From the UHGV virus genome UHGV-0076294: a DNA stretch of 64,000 nt, one strand, 5' to 3'. Positions 47,338-58,158 of this stretch are shown piece by piece. The notes below the pieces were generated by a model. That model made no database searches. It was given only the letters and a program-made list of their open reading frames with translations, and had not been told where the DNA came from. The stretch is from a virus. The position numbers were made by a program, and so were the translations under genes. The stretch's first letter is position 1. Every line of letters begins with the position of its first letter.

Positions 47338-48963
47338 GTGAATAAACTTAATTGGGTTGACTTTTATCTGCTCAATGTAAACAAGTCTCTTGTGTCGCGA
47401 TTACGACCCGTCACGACCACAGATACTTTTCAAGGGTTGACAAAAAACTTTCACCCTGAAGGGTTGTACTCCACGGAGATTTTCGGTCTTACGGGAAGTG
47501 AAGCCCGAGACTCAACGTTTTCTTACATTGATATTAAATTAGATATCATTTCGCCGACGGTGTGTTTGGCGTTATTCCAACTAAAACAACTCTACGAAGA
47601 AATTTGTTCTGGAAAACGCTACGCAACCTGGAACGAAAAAGAAAAAGATTTTGAACCGGCTTTGCCTGGCGACGCTGGCGCAGATACCGGTTTTAACTTT
47701 TTCCTTAGTCACTACAACGACTTAAAACCCGGACGTAACGAATCGTTACAACGTGACGAAACGGTGGATTTCTTCGAGAAGTTCCGTCCCGTGAGTCTTA
47801 GCCGCTATGTTCTCGTATTACCCGCGGGTTTACGTGATTTGGTGGTTAGACAAGACGGTAGGGAACAGGAAGAGGAAATCGGTGGGTTATATCGTCGTTT
47901 GATTTCTTTGGCCAGGGCGATTCCTGACCGTGCTACACGGGTTGAATTAACGAACCCTGTGCGATGGAAACTCCAACAAACCTTTAACGAAATCTGGATG
48001 TACTTCTTTAACATCCAGGACGGTAAAGGAGGTTTCCAACGTCGTAAAGTGACGTCGCGTAAACTGATGAACGGGACACGTAACGTATTGTCCTCATTCT
48101 CCACAGGCTCTAAATGCATGGGGCGTGAGGATGCGATTCGACCGACCGACACCAAAATTGGTTTGTATCAGGGTCTGAAAGCGTTGCTACCTGTTGCGCA
48201 ATACCAGATACGTGAACGTTACCTCGGTAACATTCGTGCTGGCGATGGCAACCTTTATGGCGTAAACACCAAAACGCTTAAACGCGAGTTCTTGGAGGTT
48301 GGGGGTCGTGTTTACGACACCTTTACCACAGACGACGGTATCGAAACATTAATTAACCGGATGGAAGCTCGCGAGCTTCGTCATCAACCGTTAATGATTA
48401 ACGATACCCATTACGTCGCACTGGTCTACCAAGACAACAAACATTTTAAGGTGTTCTACGATATCGATGAACTGCCTAAAACGTTTGACCGTAAAAACGT
48501 CCACGGAATGACCCTGGTAGAATTACTCTACTTATCGGGTTACGAACTGTGGAACAACTATTTCGGTTTCGTTACGCGTTATCCCGTCACCGGTCGAGGC
48601 TCGACGTACTCATCGACCATAAGATTGGAGACCACCACGTCATCTTTATACCTAAAAGAACTGGAAGATGACTGGGAGACTGAAAAGCCACACGGAGCTA
48701 TCAGTTATCCTGACAGGTCGGTTCCAACCTTTGTTGAGTCGATGGCACCGCACCCGTCACGATTGGGTGGCTTAGGGGGTGACTACGATGGTGACACCGG
48801 TTCACTTAACGCGCCTATGTCGCAAGAAGCACTCGAGGAAAACCGTAACTGGATACACTCGAAGAACTACTGGTTCGATTCTGACGGGAATTTCAAAATC
48901 AATCCTGTCAACAACGTGATTAAACGTGCGACGCAAGCGTTATTAAAGAATCCAAAAGGCTAA
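47338..48963 (+). CDS. RNA polymerase beta-prime-like subunit, N-terminal fragment type, tentative
   Basis: GTG start after AGGAGA RBS. C-terminal ...TRYPVTGRG...APHPSRLGGLGGDYDGDTGSLNAPMSQEALEE parallels beta-prime NRAPTLH...LHP...[23 protein letters not shown]; motif position (~485 of 541) matches E. coli beta-prime (~460). Confidence 0.5.
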   Translation: MNKLNWVDFYLLNVNKSLVSRLRPVTTTDTFQGLTKNFHPEGLYSTEIFGLTGSEARDSTFSYIDIKLDIISPTVCLALFQLKQLYEEICSGKRYATWNEKEKDFEPALPGDAGADTGFNFFLSHYNDLKPGRNESLQRDETVDFFEKFRPVSLSRYVLVLPAGLRDLVVRQDGREQEEEIGGLYRRLISLARAIPDRATRVELTNPVRWKLQQTFNEIWMYFFNIQDGKGGFQRRKVTSRKLMNGTRNVLSSFSTGSKCMGREDAIRPTDTKIGLYQGLKALLPVAQYQIRERYLGNIRAGDGNLYGVNTKTLKREFLEVGGRVYDTFTTDDGIETLINRMEARELRHQPLMINDTHYVALVYQDNKHFKVFYDIDELPKTFDRKNVHGMTLVELLYLSGYELWNNYFGFVTRYPVTGRGSTYSSTIRLETTTSSLYLKELEDDWETEKPHGAISYPDRSVPTFVESMAPHPSRLGGLGGDYDGDTGSLNAPMSQEALEENRNWIHSKNYWFDSDGNFKINPVNNVIKRATQALLKNPKG

Positions 48964-48966
48964 TCA

Positions 48967-51900
48967 ATGCTGCTCATTAAACAGTTTAACCAACGCTTCT
49001 CTGTGCGTAAAACAGACGAGTTTGGTAATCCGAGGATTATCCCGCTCGAGAAGCTCCAGATACCACGAGGCTCTATACTGCACGTCGTGGATCTCGATCA
49101 GGTGGTCTTAGCGCCACCTGCTACGCTGGAAATCATCCAGCCGTTGGAAAAACCTGCACAAATTCGCCACCACTTTAAACTTCCCGAAGAAGGGATCAGT
49201 GGGCATCCACGTAACAAACCTGTGCAGGGGCAAGAACGTGCTATCTTTGCGTACCATCGCGCTAACCGTCCAATTCGTCGCCTGACTTCAGACGACCTGA
49301 TTCGTAAAGACTTAAAAGTTCTCCTTATCGAGAACTACACACCGATGTTATCGCATTACTACTATCCAGACACTCAGTTAGCCTGGTACGATAGACTGCG
49401 TAACATCCAGCTGTTAATGACTAACCAGTTCAAATACGACACGCAAGAATACATGCGTCAAAACTACTTCGTGATTGAGCTGGGGTCAACGTTACCGTCT
49501 TTCCAGAAGTTCCAAACGACGTATAACGATCGTGTTAAAAGCAAGATTGAAAAGTTCCAGGACTTTAACCTGTTGTGGTTATTGGAACTGTTCGCTTGGG
49601 CATACGGTAAACAGTCCGATTCTCTGTTTGCAGGAATGGACTTAACGCAACTGTCTCGAATGAACTTCATCTTCACCCACAACAGCGGCTTTACGTCGAT
49701 GAACATGGGTGTCGTGGAGAAGATGCGTAAATCGTCCGGTGGTCGTTTAAGTGACGATCAAATGGCCAGGATGTTCTATCGTACGTTAGTGCGTGTAATG
49801 ACACAAGCACCGTCTAATGCGTACGAAGCTGAATTCCTGACACCGGAAGGTGATGAACGTATCTTTGTTAAGGACATCGAAGAGGATACCGTTGACGTCG
49901 TTGACGATACAGACGTTGTTAACGACGCTGTGGTTGAATCGGATAACGCTTTCGATGAAAAAGAAGACCTCGTTATTGAGGAGCCGAAAGAAGACGTTAA
50001 GCCGACGACTATCGTTATCGAAAAAACGATTGCTCACGATGACATTATCAAACAGGAAGCGCAGAAACTGGCTGAGGCGGGCCGCTTAAGCTCCAAAGCG
50101 TATCAGTTCCTGTCTGATTCGACCAAACGTTTCGTTCAGTTACCAAACCCGTACAACCCGAAAGAGACTTACGGCGAAGCATTAACCATTCACGAAAAAG
50201 ACATTGCCGTGAAAGCGGAACCGAAGAAAGTCCAGCGACTGGTTACGGATGAAGGTTGGGCAGAAAACGTCACCGACCAAATGGTGAAACAATACAACCA
50301 GACCATGATGAGTAAAGACGTGCTGGCAGCAGTCGCCAGCTCGCAGCGTCTTGGTTTGGCTATTCACAACCACACGATCGAGAAAGAGATTTCCGTTACG
50401 GGAACTATCGAACACCACACCCTGCGAGTTCAACCGATTGGTGGTGAACCGACGACAGTGCGTTTCTCTATCCCTGGTTTAACCGAAGACGGTACCTGGG
50501 TAGCAAACGGTGTTGAATACACCATGCGTCGTCAGCGTGTAGACGTGCCGATTCGTAAGGTCGCCCCAGACACCGTAGCGTTAACTACCGCTTACGGTAA
50601 AAACTTCGTACGTCGTAGTGACAAAGTCGCAAACGACTACGGCCGTTGGTTAACGAACGCGATTATCACGCGTGCCGTAGACCCGACCAACACGGAGATC
50701 ACAGACGCACGACTCGCGAACGTTTTCGATCCTACTGAGAAACTTCCTCGTCAGTACACGGAGATTGCACGTCGTATCGCCAGCTTCAATGCAGGCGGGT
50801 ATATGTGGAACTTCGATTATAAAGAAGCGGTTAACTTCTTTAATGACGAACAACTTACTGACGCAAATAACGTTGAGATGTTGCCGGTTGCGAAACGTCC
50901 GCGCAGTGAAGTTATTGTGGTGATGGATACCAAGTCCATGCTCTATACCGTTAAAGGTAAAGAGTGTACACCACTGGGTACCATCTTGGAAGTGCTTGGT
51001 TTCAGTAGCCAGAAAGCGCCAAGAGAAATGACTGAGCTTTCACTGATGGGCAAATCGCTCTCACTGGGCTTCATCTTCTCGTTCTATTTAGGTCTGCAAG
51101 GGATGCTTAAACATTTCGGCATTCAGTACGAAATCGTCCCTGTTGGCCAACGTGTAGATAAGAGCACGTACGATTCTATTATTCGTCTCCAGGACAGTAA
51201 GTTCCTGGTAACGTGTGATAACGATCAGCAACGAATGATTCTACACGGTCTGGATAAGTACCTGAAACACCTGGTGGCTTATACCGAGTCCGAAGTCGAC
51301 CGCGAAGACATTTACCTGAACTTAATACGTGATGCAGATGGGCTAACCCCACGCTACATCAACGAGCTGAAACAAATGCGGGCCGCGTTTGTTGATGACA
51401 TGCACGCACGTATCCTCAGGAAAATGGGTGAACCGGAAACCTTTATCGGGCTATTGGAACGTTCTAACGAACTGTTACAAACCGACCACTCTTTACCGGA
51501 GATTAACGGTGATGAGATGATGTTCTTAGGGAACCAACGTATTTCCTACCACATCTACACTGCGATGGTCAGGGCGATGCGTAACTACAACAACGCACCG
51601 AACAGTAACCGTAAGTTCGAGCTTACTCAGGACATGATTTGGGGCGCAATTAACTCCGACCCGTCTGTTCTGTTAGCGCCGGGTGCTAACCCTATCCAGT
51701 CGATTAAAGAGAAAGACGTTATCACCATGGGGGGTACGGGCGGCCGTAACCGTAAAACAATGGTTTATCACACGCGTGAGTTCCAACCGAGTGACCTGGG
51801 TATTGTTTCCGGTAACACGGTGGATAACGGTGATGTAGGTATTACTGCTTTCGCCACTAACAACCCACGTTTCGATACCGTTGACGGCACAACCTATAAA

Positions 51901-53133
51901 CGGGATGAAAAGAAACTGAAACCGAGCGACACTCTGTCATTTATTGACGGTCTCGTGCCGGATACCCTGATGGATGACGCTAAACGTCAAAACTTCGTTG
52001 GGATTCAGTTAGGTTCTGCCACCAGTTGCAACGGCGCTACCACTACCCCTTATCGTACCGAACAGGAGAAATTTGTCGCTCACCGTACGTCGGTGAAACA
52101 CGCACGCGTTATTGATAAAGCAGGTAAAATCACCGGTCTGTCTAAAGACCATATCGAAATTACGTACGAAGATGGAAGTAAAGAAGCCTTTCCTCTAGGG
52201 CGCTGGTTCGGCCCCCACGAAGGTACCTTCTATCCGCACACCCTGGTGACTCGCTGGAAAGCCGGTGACAAACTCCCGGCCGGGGCAGTCATCACTTATA
52301 ACGAGCAACACTTTGAACCCGATATCTACGACCCTACTCAGGTTTCCTGGAAAAACGGGGTGCTGGCTACCGTCGCTTTAATCGAGGCTGAAGAAGTAAT
52401 CGAAGACTCCAATGCTATTTCTGAACGGTTCGCGAAGAAAATGGTTGGGCAGGTTACTAAGCTGAAAGAAGTGGTGATTAACAGCAACCAGATGCTCCTG
52501 GAAATCGTTAACGAAGGGGAACACGTTGACGTCGACACAATCCTATGCACATTTACTGACGACCTTACGGGGGATATGAGTACCTTTAGTAAGGAAGCAG
52601 CACAAACGTTGCAAAGTTTAAGTTCGTACGCACCTCGTGCTGGGGTTCGTGGTATCGTGGATAAAATCGAAGTCGTGTATCACGGTGAAACCGAAGACAT
52701 GACGCCTTCACTGGCAGAACTGGTACGCAAATACGATCGTATTCGTCGTAAAGCAGCGTTGGCTGTTAATCGTGGCGATCCGGTATCAGGGAGTGTTAAT
52801 GGGGATTACCGTGTAGAGGGTGTACCGTTAGCCTTTAACTCGCTTTGTGTTCGATTCTTTATTACGCACGAAGTTGAAATGGCCGCAGCGGATAAGATGG
52901 TTATTGCTAACCAGCTGAAAACCACTGTACAAGAAGTGATGTACGGGGAAAACAAAACAGAAGATGGCGACGACATTGACATTTTGTTCGGTCGTGATTC
53001 TGTCGACGCACGTATTGTAGGTTCTATCCAACGAATCGGTACCGCAAATGCTGTGGGTGAACAAGCAGGGATTCTTATCGGTCGTATTCTCGACGGCGAG
53101 TCCGTGCCTGAGTTACCAGCGACACTTAAATAA
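48967..53133 (+). CDS. large hypothetical protein (1388 aa), possibly another RNAP subunit or virion protein
   Basis: Starts 3 nt after the beta-prime-like gene; acidic low-complexity insert (DTVDVVDDTDVVNDAVVESDNAFDEKEDL); no canonical beta or beta-prime motif recognised by eye. Confidence 0.6.
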   Translation: MLLIKQFNQRFSVRKTDEFGNPRIIPLEKLQIPRGSILHVVDLDQVVLAPPATLEIIQPLEKPAQIRHHFKLPEEGISGHPRNKPVQGQERAIFAYHRANRPIRRLTSDDLIRKDLKVLLIENYTPMLSHYYYPDTQLAWYDRLRNIQLLMTNQFKYDTQEYMRQNYFVIELGSTLPSFQKFQTTYNDRVKSKIEKFQDFNLLWLLELFAWAYGKQSDSLFAGMDLTQLSRMNFIFTHNSGFTSMNMGVVEKMRKSSGGRLSDDQMARMFYRTLVRVMTQAPSNAYEAEFLTPEGDERIFVKDIEEDTVDVVDDTDVVNDAVVESDNAFDEKEDLVIEEPKEDVKPTTIVIEKTIAHDDIIKQEAQKLAEAGRLSSKAYQFLSDSTKRFVQLPNPYNPKETYGEALTIHEKDIAVKAEPKKVQRLVTDEGWAENVTDQMVKQYNQTMMSKDVLAAVASSQRLGLAIHNHTIEKEISVTGTIEHHTLRVQPIGGEPTTVRFSIPGLTEDGTWVANGVEYTMRRQRVDVPIRKVAPDTVALTTAYGKNFVRRSDKVANDYGRWLTNAIITRAVDPTNTEITDARLANVFDPTEKLPRQYTEIARRIASFNAGGYMWNFDYKEAVNFFNDEQLTDANNVEMLPVAKRPRSEVIVVMDTKSMLYTVKGKECTPLGTILEVLGFSSQKAPREMTELSLMGKSLSLGFIFSFYLGLQGMLKHFGIQYEIVPVGQRVDKSTYDSIIRLQDSKFLVTCDNDQQRMILHGLDKYLKHLVAYTESEVDREDIYLNLIRDADGLTPRYINELKQMRAAFVDDMHARILRKMGEPETFIGLLERSNELLQTDHSLPEINGDEMMFLGNQRISYHIYTAMVRAMRNYNNAPNSNRKFELTQDMIWGAINSDPSVLLAPGANPIQSIKEKDVITMGGTGGRNRKTMVYHTREFQPSDLGIVSGNTVDNGDVGITAFATNNPRFDTVDGTTYKRDEKKLKPSDTLSFIDGLVPDTLMDDAKRQNFVGIQLGSATSCNGATTTPYRTEQEKFVAHRTSVKHARVIDKAGKITGLSKDHIEITYEDGSKEAFPLGRWFGPHEGTFYPHTLVTRWKAGDKLPAGAVITYNEQHFEPDIYDPTQVSWKNGVLATVALIEAEEVIEDSNAISERFAKKMVGQVTKLKEVVINSNQMLLEIVNEGEHVDVDTILCTFTDDLTGDMSTFSKEAAQTLQSLSSYAPRAGVRGIVDKIEVVYHGETEDMTPSLAELVRKYDRIRRKAALAVNRGDPVSGSVNGDYRVEGVPLAFNSLCVRFFITHEVEMAAADKMVIANQLKTTVQEVMYGENKTEDGDDIDILFGRDSVDARIVGSIQRIGTANAVGEQAGILIGRILDGESVPELPATLK

Positions 53134-53180
53134 TCTCAAGGGGTGGGTCGCTCCCACCCTGATAAACTCCGGAGTAGAGA

Positions 53181-53474
53181 ATGTCTATTTTAGATAAAAT
53201 CAAACAGCGACACGGTATTCCGACTGGGAAAAATATTACCCAGCAAAGCGTGGAAGGCTATAGCCCTATCCAACGTACTAACTACGTGTCTTTGGGTAAC
53301 ACGGTTGAACTGACGACCGAAATCGTGCACGGATTGATTCGTGGCAATTCTGGAATGTCTGACCGTATCGGCGATCAGAAACTGCTGAAACGCGATATCG
53401 CTGACCTGGTGGGAGCTCGTTTGTACACGAAGCTTCAGGACGCCATCACCACCAACAAAGAGGCTAAACAATGA
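53181..53474 (+). CDS. hypothetical protein
   Basis: 97-aa ORF; RBS CGGAG. Confidence 0.5.
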   Translation: MSILDKIKQRHGIPTGKNITQQSVEGYSPIQRTNYVSLGNTVELTTEIVHGLIRGNSGMSDRIGDQKLLKRDIADLVGARLYTKLQDAITTNKEAKQ

Positions 53475-54931
53475 TCAGTTTATACTCGCTGAACGCGGTT
53501 ACCAACGCCATGAAGCTGTGCAAACAGCACAACATTCAACTCGGCACCGACGTTGACTCTCCGGTTGACCTGTTAAACCGTGCGGTAGACCCATCGCGTG
53601 TTTTCGATACCACCATTACTGACGAACAGTTCTTCCAAGAATTGCCAGCAATCACTCAGCTGAAACGTCCGACGGAGGCAACGTCAGAAGCATCCGTTAT
53701 CCGTGACGGTGCCATTGAGCCAGAAGCGCTGCGTGTTGACGATCATGAAACTACGCTGTTCGAACTGAAGAACATGGCAATTCAACGCTGCAACGGGATG
53801 CTTGATTTCGCCCGTAACGTGGTACAGCCGTTCGTTCAGTTGGTTATTCAGAACAACGTTATCGACGAAGTTAAACCGTTGGTAGAAGACTGGAACCTGA
53901 TTCCGGTGGGTATCGACAGCTGTGTTGATTCTCCAGTTGTCCAGGCGCTGGTTCAGGAAATCGCTAACCCGATGGGTAACGGGACGACTTACGACCCGAT
54001 TAATTTCGACGTTCCAACCAACATCGAAATCCCAGAAACCGGTGTTAAGGCGTACGACGAATTAGTACGTAGCCTGCTTAACGATTTGGATATTAGTATT
54101 TACGATGCGGCTAAACTGATCCTGGCCGGTAACAACACCGTACCAGTTGCAAGCAACGCACCGATGATTCTGAAAGAGCGTGTGCTGGTTCTGCTGCTGT
54201 CTTCCTACTACATCGAACGTCCTTGGCCTGACTCAGGCGTTGACGCTCTGAAGTGGAAAGCAGAGATGGGTCGTGCTTACTACACCTCTATCGGTTGGGT
54301 TTACGGTTTCGAAAAAGAAATCCTGAACCGTGTCGCGACAGGTAACATCATCTACAGCTACGACACCGATAAGAAAGACGTGTACATCTGTCAGGAAACG
54401 ATGGATGACTATCTGTCTAAAGGTGGTATCGTTGAAGGTCTGCTGGGTGCTATCTATCTGATGGACGAAGGCGACTATAACGTTTCTGCGCGCGTTCCTT
54501 CGCTGCTGGAAAACCAGAATACGTACGTCGACGCTTATAACCGTCGTGCGATTATTACGCAGAAGAAAAACGAGCAGGACTGGGTAACACGTAACCGTCA
54601 GTCACTGAAAACAGCATTCTCTCTGGCTATCGACCAGCTTGACCAGGGATACTTCGATAACGGAGAAGACCAGCGTACGCGTGAAGATGTGAAGCGTTGG
54701 GTCATGGCAAGTTGCGACACCTTCTTTAGCAATGCTGATGACGACATCACGCTCTTTATTATCCAAACCGCGTGTAACGACGTGTTCCGCGTATGGGAAA
54801 TTGGCCCACTGATGCGGACGATTCACCAGGCGATGGTGGATAATCAAGACCCGTCACAAGCAGCAACCAGTTGGATGATTGACTACGTTCTGGACTGGAT
54901 TTCAGGTTCTGTGTTTGTTGACAAACTCTAA
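53471..54931 (+). CDS. hypothetical protein
   Basis: 486-aa ORF; start overlaps previous stop (ATGA). Confidence 0.55.
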   Translation: MISLYSLNAVTNAMKLCKQHNIQLGTDVDSPVDLLNRAVDPSRVFDTTITDEQFFQELPAITQLKRPTEATSEASVIRDGAIEPEALRVDDHETTLFELKNMAIQRCNGMLDFARNVVQPFVQLVIQNNVIDEVKPLVEDWNLIPVGIDSCVDSPVVQALVQEIANPMGNGTTYDPINFDVPTNIEIPETGVKAYDELVRSLLNDLDISIYDAAKLILAGNNTVPVASNAPMILKERVLVLLLSSYYIERPWPDSGVDALKWKAEMGRAYYTSIGWVYGFEKEILNRVATGNIIYSYDTDKKDVYICQETMDDYLSKGGIVEGLLGAIYLMDEGDYNVSARVPSLLENQNTYVDAYNRRAIITQKKNEQDWVTRNRQSLKTAFSLAIDQLDQGYFDNGEDQRTREDVKRWVMASCDTFFSNADDDITLFIIQTACNDVFRVWEIGPLMRTIHQAMVDNQDPSQAATSWMIDYVLDWISGSVFVDKL

Positions 54932-54948
54932 TGCAATAGGAGGTGATC

Positions 54949-55677
54949 GTGAGTGCGATTGAAACAGCCCGTCGTGATCCCACTAAGATTCATGCGGACT
55001 TGGTAAATAACGGCACGGTCACCACTACCAAAGGGGGATGTTACATTTACATCCCCGTTGGGTTTGTGGCGAAAGAGTTGGCGGTTATTTCTTCTACGGT
55101 AACGATTGTAGGTATTTTTGCTATCTCAACGGACCGTAAAACTTACGGGGTTTCCAGTGTCACTACACTGATTGAGATTACCCCAACGGCGTTTGAAGAG
55201 ATTGACGTCTTTGGCGTCCCTTATTACGAATTTCGTTTTGACCCCGGCACAGTGGTTTTCCCCAACTGCAATTTACAGGTGTTATCCGCACCGATATACA
55301 ACATTGCGTCGTATATTTACGACTTTGGTAACCGTCCTTTCTGGTTTACCGCTTACGACGATGCTGAACTATTAGCACCGGATAAGGTAAAGCGATGGAA
55401 CGGTTTTACTGTATTTGCCGATCAGATTACCGCTGACGTTTATGCTGCACACACGCAGCGTAAAGTGGGTGATCCAAAAACGTTTTTCCGTTACACCTTG
55501 AAAAAAGACAGTGACTTAAACAACCCTGTCCAATTCATCCCACTACGTAGTGGGTCTCTTAACAAAACGTCGAGACTGGCGAAGCTTGCAGACGTAGAAC
55601 TGAAACGTGGTATTCGTTCTGCACTACAAGTTGACCCAGTACGTGCCGAACCGCTCGAAGATTTGTTTATGAGGTAA
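54949..55677 (+). CDS. hypothetical protein
   Basis: GTG 54949 lies 5 nt after AGGAGG RBS (ORF track begins 54943); 242 aa. Confidence 0.5.
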   Translation: MSAIETARRDPTKIHADLVNNGTVTTTKGGCYIYIPVGFVAKELAVISSTVTIVGIFAISTDRKTYGVSSVTTLIEITPTAFEEIDVFGVPYYEFRFDPGTVVFPNCNLQVLSAPIYNIASYIYDFGNRPFWFTAYDDAELLAPDKVKRWNGFTVFADQITADVYAAHTQRKVGDPKTFFRYTLKKDSDLNNPVQFIPLRSGSLNKTSRLAKLADVELKRGIRSALQVDPVRAEPLEDLFMR

Positions 55678-55708
55678 TTTACCTTTTTACTTTCACTCGG
55701 GGAAAACA

Positions 55709-56512
55709 ATGGACAACTTGACCCTACGTTACAATTGCGTAGCGTTAGCCGGTGTTAATGCTCCAGCCACTCTGGAGAAAGACGCGGATGGTTATTACCG
55801 CGTATTATTGGGTGCTCTGAATATTTTTAACTCGGAAGGGATTTTCTACGCCTATAACGAGTCTAAGCACGTATTCGAGCGCTCTAACATTTTCATGCGT
55901 AAAGTAAAAGCCGGTAACCTGTTCGGGGAAGAAGACCACCCTGCACCAGAACCGGGAATGACCGAAGCGCAGTGGATTGACCGTAACGAATGGATTGAGA
56001 CGAAAAACGTCTGTATGCACATTCGTGAAGTCGAAGTTATTCCAACCGATCAGACCTGTAACGGTTTGCCAGTAATGGAAATCTGGGGCTGGATTAAACC
56101 GAACCGTGAACGTGGTCCGTATCTGGCAGAAGCGTTAGAGAATCCACATCAAAACGTTTGCTTCTCTCTGCGTGCTATCGTACGTGAAGGGTATGTTGGT
56201 GGGGTGAAAACGCGTCGTCTGGATCGTCTGGTCACCTTCGACTGGGTTATCGAAGATGGGCTTCAGATTTGCAACAAATACTCCGCGATTCAGCGTGGTA
56301 GCAAAGTGGCTCAGGAATCTACCCGTGTCCTGCTGGACCGTCGTGTATCGCTTCAGGCGCTGGAAGACATCCTGCGTAATCCAAACACCACTTCAACTAT
56401 CGCAACGGAATCTCGTCGCGGTGAAGTCCGTGCTTTGGCTCAGGAGTATCTGGCAATTGCCAACAAACGCACTAACCTGCGTGTTATGGGCTTAGGGAAC
56501 GGGAAGTGGTAA
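55709..56512 (+). CDS. hypothetical protein
   Basis: 267-aa ORF; GGGGAAAA RBS. Confidence 0.55.
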   Translation: MDNLTLRYNCVALAGVNAPATLEKDADGYYRVLLGALNIFNSEGIFYAYNESKHVFERSNIFMRKVKAGNLFGEEDHPAPEPGMTEAQWIDRNEWIETKNVCMHIREVEVIPTDQTCNGLPVMEIWGWIKPNRERGPYLAEALENPHQNVCFSLRAIVREGYVGGVKTRRLDRLVTFDWVIEDGLQICNKYSAIQRGSKVAQESTRVLLDRRVSLQALEDILRNPNTTSTIATESRRGEVRALAQEYLAIANKRTNLRVMGLGNGKW

Positions 56513-57151
56513 ATGGCTGATAATGTCGAACCTTCGCTGGTAAAGTGGTTGGAGCAACAGTTGCCACGTACCGCGAAAAAAGTTTCGTTGAAAAAACTGG
56601 ATACTGCTCCACTCCATATCAGCGATAAAAAAATCCCGGTCTTTACGCCCAGGATTCCTCATAGCGTTTACAGCGACGAAGACAAAACGGTTCCCCGTAT
56701 TTGTTGTTCTGTCGATTTAGAAAAATGTTTGCGCGGCGTTCGACGTTACTTCGTACCGAGTCCTTATGAGGACCTGAGACACCGTTACTATCTTCATGCA
56801 TTTGATGAGCGCGACGTTGTTCAACCATCGGTAGAACTCTCAAGTGAACCTTTCCGTGCGAACGAGGTTTGGATTGTTCCACATCGTTTATCGAACTGGG
56901 AAATTAAACCCACCGTTATCGGTGAGTTGCGTTTAGTTCGATTAGCAGATAACGGATATAAACACACACTCGCTGTTGCATTACACGAAGACGTTCGTTT
57001 AAACAGTAACCAGCTGTTAAAGGCAGGTAAGTTTTACGAAATCACGGTGACTATCTCTGAACGGGAACCGTTGATTGTTGTTAGTGATGCGACAGAAATC
57101 TCGCGTGGTATTTTTGACGCTGCGTTAAACGAATACACTGTAACTCCATAA
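56513..57151 (+). CDS. hypothetical protein
   Basis: 212-aa ORF starting directly after previous stop. Confidence 0.55.
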   Translation: MADNVEPSLVKWLEQQLPRTAKKVSLKKLDTAPLHISDKKIPVFTPRIPHSVYSDEDKTVPRICCSVDLEKCLRGVRRYFVPSPYEDLRHRYYLHAFDERDVVQPSVELSSEPFRANEVWIVPHRLSNWEIKPTVIGELRLVRLADNGYKHTLAVALHEDVRLNSNQLLKAGKFYEITVTISEREPLIVVSDATEISRGIFDAALNEYTVTP

Positions 57152-57200
57152 TCGCCCAGTTCATGGTCTGCAACCCGAATTTGTCGATTGTGAGGGAAGC

Positions 57201-57500
57201 ATGAAAGTGGTTAACATTGCCATACCTCCGACTTTGCAAACTTTAACGCCTGAGGAATTGAAAGCACTAACAATCTTTGCCGTCCAAGGACGTGCAGGAA
57301 AGGAGGTGCTTTCCGAAATACTCGCTGAACGTTTCGACACCAAACGTAAAGTAAACAACATTGTCGCAGGTATTTCACAACAAGATATCGCAAAGTTTTA
57401 TTGCGACGTCCGTAAAGCTGGAACCGAAATCGACTTTACGCGTACGTATCTCTTGTTAACTGAACCTTGTCGGTTCATTCTTTCGATTAAGCAGTCTTAA
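57201..57500 (+). CDS. hypothetical protein
   Basis: 99-aa ORF; GAGGGAAG RBS. Confidence 0.5.
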   Translation: MKVVNIAIPPTLQTLTPEELKALTIFAVQGRAGKEVLSEILAERFDTKRKVNNIVAGISQQDIAKFYCDVRKAGTEIDFTRTYLLLTEPCRFILSIKQS

Positions 57501-57558
57501 TTTTTTACAATTTCTACCGTTTACTGTGTCGGAGGAAAATTACAAAGGATAACCAAAT

Positions 57559-58110
57559 ATGTTTAATTTAGACAGCGACGGCGTTTTCGCAAACTGGCGT
57601 GGTTACGTTTTGGAACACCACCTTAAAGGAATGAGTATAGAAGAATTTCACGGAATGCCAGAGTTGCATCGTCGTGCTTTGATGCGGGAAATCTATTTAA
57701 ACGACCCGGATCTTTTTTATAAACTAGACCCGATACCCGAGGCCGTTAAAATCCTCGAAACAGTAGAAAGTCTGGGAGAATGTTGGGCGATTTTAACGTC
57801 AGGTTCAGAAGATCATTTCGACCACGACCGTGTTGTAGAAAGCAAAAAATTATTCTTCGAAAAACACTTCGGTGTCCCTGGCCATAAAGTCATCGTGACA
57901 ACTTCCTCTGCGGAGAAAGCGACCTACGCGGAGAAGGGAAGATTGTTGGTTGACGATTATGGTCGTAATTGCCGTGAGTGGGTGTTAAAGGGCGGGACCG
58001 CAATTTATACGCGGACGAACGAACCTGAAGTCGATGCGATTTGCCGACAAATCAGGACGTTTGCAGAAAGTCCCTTAGAATACTCAGGTCAAATTTTGTG
58101 CGTGCAGTAA
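57559..58110 (+). CDS. HAD-superfamily hydrolase, 5'(3')-deoxyribonucleotidase-like
   Basis: N-terminal MFNLDSDGVF (HAD motif I D-x-D-G-V) and later LVDDYG (motif IV-like); 183 aa. Confidence 0.6.
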   Translation: MFNLDSDGVFANWRGYVLEHHLKGMSIEEFHGMPELHRRALMREIYLNDPDLFYKLDPIPEAVKILETVESLGECWAILTSGSEDHFDHDRVVESKKLFFEKHFGVPGHKVIVTTSSAEKATYAEKGRLLVDDYGRNCREWVLKGGTAIYTRTNEPEVDAICRQIRTFAESPLEYSGQILCVQ

Positions 58111-58118
58111 AACCTTTC

Positions 58119-58158
58119 GGGTAGTCTATCCAGTGGATAGACTACCCTACCTATTTTT
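58119..58158 (+). terminator. intrinsic terminator
   Basis: GGGTAGTCTATCCA / TGGATAGACTACCC inverted repeat followed by TACCTATTTTT. Confidence 0.6.

Noticed and set aside
49464-53064. Minus-strand ORFs inside the 1388-aa plus-strand gene
   Set aside because: Embedded antisense ORFs without RBS; the plus-strand frame is continuous and translationally coupled to the upstream gene.
53139-53160. Hairpin GGGTGGG-tcgct-CCCACCC after the 1388-aa gene, and hairpin 25640-25662 after the recombinase-like gene
   Set aside because: Stable stems but no downstream T-run, so not called as intrinsic terminators; they may be RNA processing or stability elements.
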